Shown: piece after piece, positions 20,301-28,076 of the stretch
How the letters are laid out: each line of letters begins with the position of its first letter
Position numbering within the stretch: position 1 is the first letter of the stretch
Virus record (IMG/VR): IMGVR_UViG_3300045988_175328
Location: 163,220-227,219 of that record
DNA from: a virus
Direction: 5' to 3' (one strand)
Length of the DNA stretch: 64,000 nt
The notes under the pieces: generated by a model
The model's database searches: none
What the model was told of the DNA's origin: nothing
What the model saw: the letters and a program-made list of their open reading frames with translations, nothing else
Program-made: the position numbers and the translations under genes

Positions 20301-22178
20301 AATGAAACTAAGTACGTTGGCGAAATCTCCAATGGAGTAATGAAAGCAACTGAGTTCTTGGGTCTTCCTAAAGATGAACAAAGAAAAATTGTGGCAGAAA
20401 TTGTCCGCAATGGAAATCTAAGCCACAATGGCTTATTGCCTACGTTCAACTGGGAGGAACAAGTAACTTGGGTTGAAGGAAAAGAAGGATTCGTACTTAG
20501 CGATGAGTCTACAACTCCTCAAGCTTTAGTTGCTATGAAAAATGCGTTCTTCGATAAAGTTGATGAACGAAACTACTCTGTAGAAAGTTTCATCAACTTC
20601 GCAGAATACGTTGTCATCATGTCTGGTCCAACGCAAGGATTCGTAATTGATGCGGCGAAAAAATTCTGTCCAATCGTAGACTTAGCAGAAGATATCTTCT
20701 CCAACTTAAGTCTTGGATGGAAAAGATTCGCTCCAACAATGGTGCTTACATGCAATGAGTATGGAGAGTTCTCCAAAGGTATGTCTTATAACTTTGGCGA
20801 AGAGAACTCTAGCATTACTCTTACAGTAGGCGCATGTATTCAGGTAGAAGCTTTCAAAGCGTTTGCGGTGGAAGCTTCTAAAGCTATCTTAAATGCATTT
20901 GCTGGAGAGGATGCATCTAAAGCTAACTGGAAAGCATTTGAAGACGCATTGAAAAAAGAGTCTTTAATGTCTTTGGTTGGTGGTAAGATGAACTCTGCTA
21001 GAAAGAACTGCAGAAACATTGCTGCTGGAGCTGCAGCTGCGATTAAAGTTATCGACAACCAAATCGCAGAAGCTTGCGGCGAAGAAAACATTCCTAGTAA
21101 AACAATGAAGGAATGGAGCGACGCTATCGGCTGCATGTTTGCTGCATCTGGTACAATCAATCCTCTTGGATTACGTGCTTATGCATCCAGCAAAACATTA
21201 CGTCCAGCAATCTTGAAAGCAATGCTTGACGCTGCTGAAGTAAAATCCATTCCTGTAGAAATTGGATTTACTTCTATGGCAAGAGTTGCTTTTGCGAAAG
21301 CGAATGTTGGAGAAAAAGTATTCTTCGAAAACTCTAAAGCTGCTGATGCTAACGGAGTAATTCTTCTACACTCTGGTTTAACAGGTTACTACAAAGTATC
21401 TGTTAAAACAGAAGAAGTAGAAGAAAACGGAGAAACAATCTCTGTAGAGACATACTTCGTAGAAGTGCCTGTGTCCGAAGTATTAGGCATCGAACCGATG
21501 AAAACAAATCGTTTCGTTGCTCACTTAGGATACGAAGGTGCCGATGCTGAAGTCGCTAGAAAGTTTAATGCTGAATTAACTAAGTTCGACTTCTGCGCGG
21601 AAGGTACGTTCGCTTTCTATGGCACGATGAAAGAACTAAACAATCTTATGATTGAAAAGTTTGGCGAAGGTGTCTTAAGAGACGTATTGGTATCAACAAT
21701 AACTGGGCTAAAAAACGGTGAAGACGTTTATAGCCAACAGTTTGTTGATTTCATCGCTCTTGCTAATGGTCACGCTACTGATCCGAAGTATGCAGCTGAT
21801 GACAAACATGACCGCGTATTCTTTGTTCGCAAAGATGAGAATGGTCGGGTTGTGGTTATGAGATCATTGCCTAACCAAGCAATGGCTTATGGCCATGAAG
21901 CGTTTAAGCTAAGAGGCATGTTCGCTGGAGAACTAAGATTAGTTAGTTACATCTTAGAAGGAAAAGCTAAGTCTGACAAAAAGGGCTATGTTAATAGCTA
22001 CTTATTGTTAGAGCACAAAACTTTAGCTCCTAAGCAAGAAATCAGTGCGTATATCAATGGTTTAATTACTAAATATGCGGCTGATTTCAAAGCAGCTGTC
22101 TTAAATAAAAAGTTCGAATTAGGTTGCCTTGGTAGCCTAGTTCAAACTGTATTATCTGATGAAGAAATCATTGGATAA
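17376..22178 (+). CDS. putative single-chain two-barrel (DPBB) RNA polymerase, YonO / crAss-gp66-like
   Basis: 1600 aa from ATG 17376 (AAAGGAG RBS; track ORF starts at TTG 17352); RTNTGKG (19194-19214), RYPH (19929-19940), DFDGD (20124-20138) in beta-then-beta-prime order. Confidence 0.6.
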   Translation: MNKQNIQNNKNLKAVVLAAVDAAVAADVRVVNTTAAVTTAEAVVTETAETLARAAVQFQTFINNFVVEGGEYRSFMGILSDVGFTHPDLVKWVRKQKWTEAMSIWREGQGYTRNSFLCDEDWNTFLELREALLQARNAYKNAKRKLARKEVALKAAKKEAAKALLAEKSANKQWKKARKDAKEARATEAAVAVEEARLEKARKRAEKVGPKEPPKQRVAVAVAGLESMLEWIESRKVAVTKTVVLENTAKLVTEANAAVEYGYMDARTGEFVSTEGTKEFSGARFKTGAINIADKNTAKATAKANATANGKDLDGDVINRFVKPRNILDGFKLKLQMFGSKVRVRNVLKGNRKGFKAVMGPKAQVAIKSIIVDGSDVMANGEGVKAMAVATTSSISYIVRTAIRLGEEKGWAEELVLRNSSIKTGYMDGNIGINSHREMTSMEADLTYMTAEVSANYVLNGLISIHIDKEDEEGVSFTKGIRQAEFIIVDGIKYIPLMVESVAKTRLYDTVWTAEHLANQWREVLRVATGGISDSITLMKELTKALKLRSRLGMGFSPSYEFEIDLARWGVVYLDASIDAIDGQAYGSRAMMEELLELAGVNSWQVRTNTGKGQLVPMKRMKRLLAVLCEQYGLELVYVSDVDEVQAAIDAARAEGKRVAVVVGNAEHIGMIGDMNFFKGIPTINDGGIVRLSVLRNLAPTGNGSHFAYQAAVGALCSYEWDNKDRFVKALAMQAVEKFTEAFNGCAVNKSVTDLFAALVGVKGLAGEADIISELANGAFTPAMYGIKELSYALRNEQQVVRGSAWKVSCPGMKDELFNEAILEGAGLLVVEGIVSNNNPLLKQGDWVMALRYPHSNGFSFVKIRLVTVSEAIERVNNSSAFAAQKAVMIDELLSLGDNNIMVDSSREVLEALAGMDFDGDVISVLNPEEAELLLPMDELRTVIAPIVTKAQEKELVVTGNFEDTMQHLQSEMAANETKYVGEISNGVMKATEFLGLPKDEQRKIVAEIVRNGNLSHNGLLPTFNWEEQVTWVEGKEGFVLSDESTTPQALVAMKNAFFDKVDERNYSVESFINFAEYVVIMSGPTQGFVIDAAKKFCPIVDLAEDIFSNLSLGWKRFAPTMVLTCNEYGEFSKGMSYNFGEENSSITLTVGACIQVEAFKAFAVEASKAILNAFAGEDASKANWKAFEDALKKESLMSLVGGKMNSARKNCRNIAAGAAAAIKVIDNQIAEACGEENIPSKTMKEWSDAIGCMFAASGTINPLGLRAYASSKTLRPAILKAMLDAAEVKSIPVEIGFTSMARVAFAKANVGEKVFFENSKAADANGVILLHSGLTGYYKVSVKTEEVEENGETISVETYFVEVPVSEVLGIEPMKTNRFVAHLGYEGADAEVARKFNAELTKFDFCAEGTFAFYGTMKELNNLMIEKFGEGVLRDVLVSTITGLKNGEDVYSQQFVDFIALANGHATDPKYAADDKHDRVFFVRKDENGRVVVMRSLPNQAMAYGHEAFKLRGMFAGELRLVSYILEGKAKSDKKGYVNSYLLLEHKTLAPKQEISAYINGLITKYAADFKAAVLNKKFELGCLGSLVQTVLSDEEIIG

Positions 22179-22192
22179 CAAATAATAATAAA

Positions 22193-22227
22193 GAGAGACC
22201 TCTATATGGGGTCTCCTCTTTTTTTTT
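22193..22227 (+). terminator. intrinsic terminator after RNAP gene
   Basis: stem gagacc/ggtctc then T9. Confidence 0.8.
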
Positions 22228-22422
22228 ATTTTCTGGGATCCCCTCCGGGATCAGGATTCCTCCGCTACGGCTCAGCCTGCGCTCCGGAATAGGCCAGCCT
22301 ATGGCTGTCCGTTAGGAGCGTTATCATTAGGTAGAGGTATAACGATAGAGGAAATAAAAATCCTCATTTATGAGGGTTTATCCTTAGTAAGGAGGAAGAT
22401 AGAAAGTAAAAATGTTTTTCTT

Positions 22423-22450
22423 CTTAAGGGGCAAGCCCCTTAACAACCCC
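22423..22450 (+). repeat. H5 28-nt element cttaaggggcaagccccttaacaacccc, copy 1
   Basis: identical 28-mer also at 30995, 31998, 34950; variant at 38690. Confidence 0.9.
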
Positions 22451-22543
22451 GCCACCCCTGCGGGATGGACCGAACTGGCGGTGGATGAGGTCGTCCGAAA
22501 CGACGTCAAACTAAAGGAAAAATCCTCACTTGTGAGGAAACTT

Positions 22544-22567
22544 GCTCCTGAGTACGAGCTAAAACTG
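22544..22567 (+). promoter_or_regulatory. H1 element (covarying hairpin + TAAACTG), representative copy
   Basis: gctc-ctgagtac-gagc then taaaactg; one of 13 copies between 22490 and 26150. Confidence 0.6.
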
Positions 22568-22723
22568 CTTGCGAGGAAAAATCCTCGTTGTTGAGAGCAC
22601 TTGCTCTTCGAAGGCCCTGGCGGTGTCGGAGAGAGGAGTAGGTGCTGTGGTCCTGAATAAGACATTAAACTGTTTCAGAGGAGAAAATCCTCTGTTGTGA
22701 GAGAGCTCATTTAACTCTCTGTT

Positions 22724-22745
22724 TTAATTAAGCCAGTGTAGAAAT
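22724..22745 (+). promoter_or_regulatory. H3 hairpin with conserved GTAGAAATATTT loop in 5' UTR
   Basis: ccagt/gctgg stem; same loop at 25012, 32852, 35320 with different stems. Confidence 0.6.
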
Positions 22746-22785
22746 ATTTGCTGGTGTTTTCGGGCGCATGCCCAAGGAGGTTATC

Positions 22786-23250
22786 ATGTTAACTTTAGAA
22801 TTAAATCGAAAAATGGCCTATGGTTTTTTCCCAGAATTAATTCGCGATGAAGAGAAAATTGCGAATTTGAATGACTTATTTCAAGAAGTTATTATGAAAA
22901 ATAATCCTAACGGAGTTAAGCTCCAATTGGATTTTAAGCACAATGTAATTGTGCATAAAACCAATGTAGGCGAAGTAACTCTAGTAGAAGAGTACTTCCC
23001 TAATGGTACTGAAAAACTTTGGGTAAATCGTTTCCGTAACAGGAAACAACTATTACCTAAAGTTCCTGCAGAATTAATTCCTGTCGCAAAAGAATGCGAC
23101 GAAAGAAATTTATACAAATTTAATTATTTAAGAGAAGGAAACATTACGTTTTATCTCGCAAATAATAGAAAGGTTCTCGTAAGAGAAACTAAAATGGAGG
23201 ATGGAAGTCTTTCAATCGATTTATTCTACCTAGCTGATTTGTTGGCCTAA
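22786..23250 (+). CDS. hypothetical early-region protein
   Basis: 154 aa from ATG 22786, AAGGAGG RBS (track ORF starts at 22768). Confidence 0.7.
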   Translation: MLTLELNRKMAYGFFPELIRDEEKIANLNDLFQEVIMKNNPNGVKLQLDFKHNVIVHKTNVGEVTLVEEYFPNGTEKLWVNRFRNRKQLLPKVPAELIPVAKECDERNLYKFNYLREGNITFYLANNRKVLVRETKMEDGSLSIDLFYLADLLA

Positions 23251-23296
23251 GTAGAATAATCTCCTAAGCATGAGAATAAACTGCTTATTTGTAACG

Positions 23297-23321
23297 GCTC
23301 CTGAATATGAGCATTAAACTG
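23297..23321 (+). promoter_or_regulatory. H1 element, representative copy
   Basis: gctc-ctgaatat-gagc then attaaactg. Confidence 0.6.
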
Positions 23322-23421
23322 TTCTAGAAGAAAATCCTCTATTATGAGTTTTGTCCGTAATGACGATAAACTAATTATTATAATTTAATTTGGCGGCAAA
23401 TCGCCAGAAAGGAGGCATATT

Positions 23422-23577
23422 ATGTCTCAATTAGAATTAACAAACCACTTAGCGTGGGTAGAAGAAATGGTTGCATTCGCGGAGACTGAAGAGTCCAACT
23501 ACCGTGACTTCGAAGGATATCTTGCGGAGTCATTTATCGGAGGCCTGGACCTCTGGCTAGGAGACGATGAATTTTAG
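23422..23577 (+). CDS. small acidic hypothetical protein (51 aa, below ORF-track cutoff)
   Basis: AAAGGAGG RBS 7 nt before ATG; MSQLELTNHLAWVEEMVAFAETEE...; same hairpin-RBS leader as neighbouring genes. Confidence 0.6.
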   Translation: MSQLELTNHLAWVEEMVAFAETEESNYRDFEGYLAESFIGGLDLWLGDDEF

Positions 23578-23715
23578 ACTCTAGTTTCCTGACCAAGACC
23601 TAGGTATGTCTTTAAACTGCCTAAATCCTCCCCATTGCGGGGACTGAATTGTCTGAGATGACGTTAAACTATTTAATTTAATTCATGGCGGCAAATCGCC
23701 AGAAAGGAGATAAGT

Positions 23716-24006
23716 ATGCATACTTATACTCTTGAAAACACTGAGGCACTAGTTGCCTTAGTGCGTGACCTTTGTTTTAGCAATGGTCATTGTCCCAAAG
23801 AAATCTTCTCTTGGGATGAAAAACATTACATTGTAGCCGGCAACCTAGCTAGTTACGATGGACCATGGGACGGTCCTGAAGATGTCGCTCATATCTACGT
23901 TGATGGTGTAGGCGTGGGAGAAATAGATATCTTCGGCGCCGACCAAATTGCATTCGCCGTTGCTAACTGGAACGGCGAAGAATTGAACAGAAAGGTGGTG
24001 GCTTAA
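23716..24006 (+). CDS. hypothetical early-region protein
   Basis: 96-aa ORF; AAAGGAG RBS preceded by ggcggcaaatcgcc hairpin. Confidence 0.7.
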   Translation: MHTYTLENTEALVALVRDLCFSNGHCPKEIFSWDEKHYIVAGNLASYDGPWDGPEDVAHIYVDGVGVGEIDIFGADQIAFAVANWNGEELNRKVVA

Positions 24007-24036
24007 CTGCTTTTCTGTAATCTCGTCGACCACTCG

Positions 24037-24420
24037 GTGGATGTTTACGATTTAGTAGGAAATCTAATCGTGAGCATCCCTAAGAGTGGTCGTGTAGCTC
24101 GTGTTCGGACAAGTAGCGAAAGAGTGGGCGCTATTTGTTCTAAGGATTTTAGCTATCGAAAATACAATGAAGACGGTAGCTATGAAGATACACCACTTAA
24201 AGGGAACCCACAATCTGGGCACCTGAATATATTCAAATCTGAGTATTCAGATGTCGAAGGGTTCCCTGAAACTATAGAACAGGGTGTGTATTATATTGTC
24301 AGTTCTATGGTGGCGTCTCGTATACAGAGTCATCAGGTTATTGCGCCTGGTCAGATTATGCGGGACGCCTCCGGCAAAGCCGTAGGATGCTGCGGTCTTA
24401 GTTATACTGCCGGAAGATAA
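24037..24420 (+). CDS. hypothetical protein
   Basis: 127-aa ORF with GTG start and no clear RBS. Confidence 0.5.
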   Translation: MDVYDLVGNLIVSIPKSGRVARVRTSSERVGAICSKDFSYRKYNEDGSYEDTPLKGNPQSGHLNIFKSEYSDVEGFPETIEQGVYYIVSSMVASRIQSHQVIAPGQIMRDASGKAVGCCGLSYTAGR

Positions 24421-24460
24421 ATTAATTAATTTAAATAGGGCCCGGATGCTCGAGGAGGTA

Positions 24461-24637
24461 ATGATGAAGAATATAATTATCGTATGCATGCTATCACTAA
24501 TCTGCACTATAGCAATAGTGGAATTTTCAGTAGGCTTGTTCCCAGCATTAGCTGGGTATCCAGAAGCATTGGCTACAGCAGGAGCTATTTCTGTTGCAAC
24601 TATTTCCTTCATGTTGTTTGACATGATAGGAGACTGA
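24461..24637 (+). CDS. small hydrophobic membrane peptide
   Basis: 58 aa from ATG 24461 after GAGGAGG; two predicted TM segments. Confidence 0.6.
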   Translation: MMKNIIIVCMLSLICTIAIVEFSVGLFPALAGYPEALATAGAISVATISFMLFDMIGD

Positions 24638-24656
24638 AAAATCCTCGTTTATGAGG
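24637..24656 (+). promoter_or_regulatory. H2 element AAAAATCCTC-N-TGAGG, representative copy
   Basis: aaaaatcctcgtttatgagg; one of at least 19 copies in the window. Confidence 0.6.
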
Positions 24657-24732
24657 AGAAGTCCGTAATGACTGTAAACTATTCTAATATATTTAATTAA
24701 TTAAAGGGCGCAAATGCCCGGAGGAGGTTTCT

Positions 24733-24903
24733 ATGAGAGACGAAATCATTTTATTAATTTCCAGCATTGCAGTAGGAGTGGGAATTTCTACTCTTATTAA
24801 TGAGGTTTTCCCTATATTAGTGGATTATCCATTAGTAATGTCTATCTTCGGAGGAATCATCTCAGGAGCGATATATTATTTTATTCACTTGTTATCATAC
24901 TAG
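24733..24903 (+). CDS. small hydrophobic membrane peptide (56 aa, below ORF-track cutoff)
   Basis: GGAGGAGG RBS; MRDEIILLISSIAVGVGISTLINEVFPILVDYPLVMSIFGGIISGAIYYFIHLLSY; resembles 24461 product. Confidence 0.6.
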   Translation: MRDEIILLISSIAVGVGISTLINEVFPILVDYPLVMSIFGGIISGAIYYFIHLLSY

Positions 24904-25076
24904 TAGAATAAAATCCTCAGACCTCAGCAAGTCTTTAAACTACTCTTTCCTGACAGTTCCTAAGTATGAACATAAAACTGCTTATCTTTTAAAAATCCTC
25001 GCTTGTGAGGTGCTTGCGTAGAAATAGCAAGCTATATTATTTTAATTAGGCCTTAGGCCAGAAATGGAGTTTTATC

Positions 25077-25547
25077 ATGAAAACACAAAAATCTACAGAA
25101 CGCAAATTAGTTAATTTTTCTAGCTACTTTAAACAAAAAGACGACAAAGTCTTTGGTGCTGCTGTATTGCACTGCGGCAAGGAAGTGCAAGTTGCTGCTT
25201 ACAATGGCGGCAAAGCCCTTCATTCTATTGAAGGAGCTGTGTGTGCAGCAGCATGCGCAGCTACAGTAAATATGAAGAAGGGAGACCTCTTCACCATGAT
25301 TGTTGACTTGAAGACATTACGCCAATTATGGTCTGCTATTAAAACTGGCAATGTAACTGATGACTTCGCAGGCAATGAGGCGGAACGCAATGCCGTTATC
25401 AAAATGGCCGAACGCGTTCCAGCCCTTCGGGCTCGCGGCATTATTGTGAACATTCGTGCTCATAAAGATGTCTATGCAAGTGGAGGATACTTAGCAGGGC
25501 AACTCCCAATTTGGAGCCGTATGGCTACCAAAGCTATGAACATCTAA
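25077..25547 (+). CDS. hypothetical protein
   Basis: 156-aa ORF; leader carries H2, H3 and a ggcc-tta-ggcc hairpin. Confidence 0.7.
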   Translation: MKTQKSTERKLVNFSSYFKQKDDKVFGAAVLHCGKEVQVAAYNGGKALHSIEGAVCAAACAATVNMKKGDLFTMIVDLKTLRQLWSAIKTGNVTDDFAGNEAERNAVIKMAERVPALRARGIIVNIRAHKDVYASGGYLAGQLPIWSRMATKAMNI

Positions 25548-25604
25548 ATCCTCTGACCTGAGCATGTCGGTAAACTGCTCAATTATTTAATTTAATTTAA
25601 TTAA

Positions 25605-25620
25605 GGGCGGCAAATCGCCC
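25605..25620 (+). promoter_or_regulatory. H4 GC hairpin abutting the RBS, representative copy
   Basis: gggcggcaaatcgccc followed directly by gaggagg; similar at 22753, 23391, 23686, 24706, 25049, 48760. Confidence 0.6.
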
Positions 25621-25632
25621 GAGGAGGTTTAT

Positions 25633-26118
25633 ATGCAAACTTTGAAAATTAACAATCCTACAAGAAACTTAATTGAGATGACTTTAGAGGTCACAAAATT
25701 AAACGGCACTATTGAACAAGACGGCAATGCTGTTATCATTAATTTGCCAGAAGAACAGGTGTCTGCCTTTGTAGAATGGTACGGTGGTACTGGACTTAAG
25801 GAGACTGCCCTTGCCATCGCAAAGAAAGCAGGAGCATTAACTGCCAAAGCAGGAGACCTTACGAAAGTAGGGACTGTTGCTTTAGGAAAATTATCTTTCA
25901 AGACAGCCTTCGGTATGACTCGCAGAGCCATTGAGGCGACCGCGGGGATCACAGCTGCGGCCGTTAATGGCGCCAAAGAAGCTTATAGCGAAATGGTAAG
26001 TTCTGACGAGTTCAGAGCTGTTAAAGAATCTTTTAGTTCTGGACGCGGCAACGGCATTGAATTTGTCGAAATGACACCGGTTGTTCAAGCTGAAGTAGCA
26101 GAAGTTGTAGAAGGATAG
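25633..26118 (+). CDS. hypothetical protein, family E (paralogue of 47362..47877)
   Basis: 161 aa; ...LSFKTAFGMTRRAIEATAG...SDEFRAVKESF aligns with ...LAFKTTFGVGRRCVETVAG...SEEFNDLRNQF. Confidence 0.75.
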   Translation: MQTLKINNPTRNLIEMTLEVTKLNGTIEQDGNAVIINLPEEQVSAFVEWYGGTGLKETALAIAKKAGALTAKAGDLTKVGTVALGKLSFKTAFGMTRRAIEATAGITAAAVNGAKEAYSEMVSSDEFRAVKESFSSGRGNGIEFVEMTPVVQAEVAEVVEG

Positions 26119-26127
26119 AAATCCTCA

Positions 26128-26150
26128 GACCTGAGCAAGTCGTTAAACTG
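26128..26150 (+). promoter_or_regulatory. H1 element fused to an H2 AAATCCTC box
   Basis: aaatcctca-gac-ctgagcaa-gtc-gttaaactg. Confidence 0.6.
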
Positions 26151-26190
26151 CTTAATTTAAATTGAATTATATTTTATGGAGGGAACTGTC

Positions 26191-26304
26191 ATGAATAAAG
26201 AAGTTAAACAAATTATTGCATCTATCGGAGTATTAGGATTGTGTTACGCAGTCGGATACGCTATTGGCTATTTCGGATTTAATCTTGTTAAGAAAATTAA
26301 ATAA
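26191..26304 (+). CDS. small hydrophobic peptide (37 aa, below ORF-track cutoff)
   Basis: GGAGGG RBS; MNKEVKQIIASIGVLGLCYAVGYAIGYFGFNLVKKIK. Confidence 0.5.
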   Translation: MNKEVKQIIASIGVLGLCYAVGYAIGYFGFNLVKKIK

Positions 26305-26314
26305 AGGAGGCTAC

Positions 26315-26575
26315 ATGACTATTTCTGAACTTGAGGGCGCCATTAAAATGATGTTCATCATTTACGGCGAGCCGACCGCAACGAATATTGGCTACGGTGT
26401 TTTCAGAGTCACCGCTAGTGATGCTGAAATCCTTATTGAGAGGATTGATACTACTGGTGGATCTAGTATTAAACTGACTGGTCCGTCTGGTTCTATTGAA
26501 AAAGACGAGCCGTCTTTAGAATTTAGATTGTTGGTTGACCGTCTAGAGCGAGTTGTAGACGGTTATAATTATTAG
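26315..26575 (+). CDS. family D small protein (N-half type)
   Basis: 86 aa from ATG 26315 after AAAGGAGG (track ORF starts at 26264). Confidence 0.7.
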   Translation: MTISELEGAIKMMFIIYGEPTATNIGYGVFRVTASDAEILIERIDTTGGSSIKLTGPSGSIEKDEPSLEFRLLVDRLERVVDGYNY

Positions 26576-26597
26576 TTTATCTGTAAGGAGAAACATT

Positions 26598-27083
26598 ATG
26601 GAATTACAAGTAATTAAAGGTATGGTTATTGCGGCAAAATTAGCAAACAAATTTATGGGCGGCGCCTTGGAAAACAATCGTGCCGAGCTCCAAATCGGTG
26701 ACGTGAATTTAGTTATTTACAGCGCTGGCGGAAACGAGGTAGTAATTGCTCCAACTTCTATGGAGATGTGGTATGACCCAATCCATGTTGAAGGAACTTT
26801 GGAAACTGTCTTCGATACCATCGGAGAGATGCTAAAAGAAGCTGTCGAAGATGACGAAGACTCTCCATATCGTTACGAGTTTCCTAACTTAGAGCGCCTT
26901 GTCGAGTATATCGAGAAAGAAACAGGTGTCGTAGCTAACGAACATCCTAAATGCTATACTAAAGAATGGGACGGTATTATGGAATTCGACGAGTTCAAAA
27001 TCGTTTTCTTTGGGCCATACCATGGTACTGTATATGTGCCGGAAGATTACAAACTTAACTTTGTGTTGAAAGAGTTACCATAA
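26598..27083 (+). CDS. family D two-domain protein
   Basis: 161 aa; about half of residues identical by eye to 27363 product (…SPYR..F.NL..LVEYI.KETG...EHPK.Y...FGPYHGTVY.PEDY.LNFVL.ELP). Confidence 0.8.
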   Translation: MELQVIKGMVIAAKLANKFMGGALENNRAELQIGDVNLVIYSAGGNEVVIAPTSMEMWYDPIHVEGTLETVFDTIGEMLKEAVEDDEDSPYRYEFPNLERLVEYIEKETGVVANEHPKCYTKEWDGIMEFDEFKIVFFGPYHGTVYVPEDYKLNFVLKELP

Positions 27084-27094
27084 GGAGAAATATT

Positions 27095-27349
27095 ATGGAA
27101 TTAATTAAAGGATTATTCATTGGCGCCGCCTTACTAGGCAAACCAGTTCTCGTTAAGAAAGAACGGAAGGGCGTATACAATTTTATTATCGGGCCGATCA
27201 CAGTTTTTATCTATGATTGGGATGACAGTCGCACTATCGTCGGTATTGATGGACCAGAAGGTTCATACGAATCTTACAAAATCGACGGGGATGTGAGAAC
27301 AGTATTACACTACCTTGTAGATGTCAACAATAATATCGAGATTAAATAG
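27095..27349 (+). CDS. family D small protein (N-half type)
   Basis: 84 aa; MELIKGLFIGAALLGK... matches N-terminal half of 26598 product. Confidence 0.7.
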   Translation: MELIKGLFIGAALLGKPVLVKKERKGVYNFIIGPITVFIYDWDDSRTIVGIDGPEGSYESYKIDGDVRTVLHYLVDVNNNIEIK

Positions 27350-27362
27350 GAGTATTATTGCT

Positions 27363-27842
27363 ATGAAAATTATTGAAGGTTTAATTATGGCTGCAAGATT
27401 AGCAAATAAAGATATAACATATCGACTAGAAATTAATTATGCCGAATTTAAGATTGGAGATATTACTTTAGATATCTACATAAAAGATAAAAATATAGTT
27501 ATGATTACTCCGACTTGTGAGAACATGTGGGGACAGCCACTCTATATCGAAGGAACAGTCGGGTCTGTTTTCTCTGATATCTTAGACATGGTAAACGAAT
27601 CAGATGTCGATTCTGAGAATTCTCCGTATCGTCAGCGCTTTTCAAATTTAAAATCTTTGGTTGAGTACATCGTAAAAGAAACGGGAGCTATTGCAGGAGA
27701 ACATCCCAAACGTTATATCGAAGAGTGCGCTGACGTTATCGAATTCATTGAATTTAAAGTTGTATTATTCGGGCCATATCATGGAACAGTGTATGCTCCC
27801 GAAGATTACCAACTGAACTTTGTTTTAGACGAATTACCGTAA
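27363..27842 (+). CDS. family D two-domain protein
   Basis: 159 aa from ATG 27363 (track ORF starts at 27321). Confidence 0.8.
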   Translation: MKIIEGLIMAARLANKDITYRLEINYAEFKIGDITLDIYIKDKNIVMITPTCENMWGQPLYIEGTVGSVFSDILDMVNESDVDSENSPYRQRFSNLKSLVEYIVKETGAIAGEHPKRYIEECADVIEFIEFKVVLFGPYHGTVYAPEDYQLNFVLDELP

Positions 27843-27851
27843 GGAGAATTT

Positions 27852-28076
27852 ATGATGGTATTATATTTCGATACAGTTGAGGAGCTTATCGAATATTTTA
27901 AAAAGAAATCTGGATTCGAGCCGGGGCCTGTGAAAATTATTCGTTATTCTGATGGCGCATTCGATATTGTATATGGAGATATCGAGCTAGAATTCGAGAA
28001 TAAGATTAAAGGTTCCGTCTTGTTCTGTGGCGACTTTATGGTTCGCTTCGAACTTGGCACTCCCGTCGTAATCTAA
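27852..28076 (+). CDS. family D small protein (C-half type)
   Basis: 74 aa; VEELIEYFKKKSGFEPGP... resembles C-terminal half of 26598 product. Confidence 0.7.
   Translation: MMVLYFDTVEELIEYFKKKSGFEPGPVKIIRYSDGAFDIVYGDIELEFENKIKGSVLFCGDFMVRFELGTPVVI

Noticed and set aside
17774-21160. Eight minus-strand ORFs (62-132 aa) inside the RNAP gene
   Set aside because: All are embedded antisense to a 1600-aa ORF. They have Ala/Ser-rich mirror-frame composition and no RBS.
22230-22350. tRNA or tRNA-like gene in the GC-rich patch after the RNAP terminator, and similarly at 54560-54775
   Set aside because: I could not fold either patch into a cloverleaf. There is no GTTCRANYC T-loop box or D-loop consensus. 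Running tRNAscan-SE or ARAGORN would settle it.
22384-22665. ORFs 22412..22594 (+) and 22384..22665 (-) in the spacer after the RNAP gene
   Set aside because: They are built almost entirely from the H5, H2 and H1 repeat elements. They have no RBS, and their reading frames cross conserved hairpins. I treat the region as non-coding.
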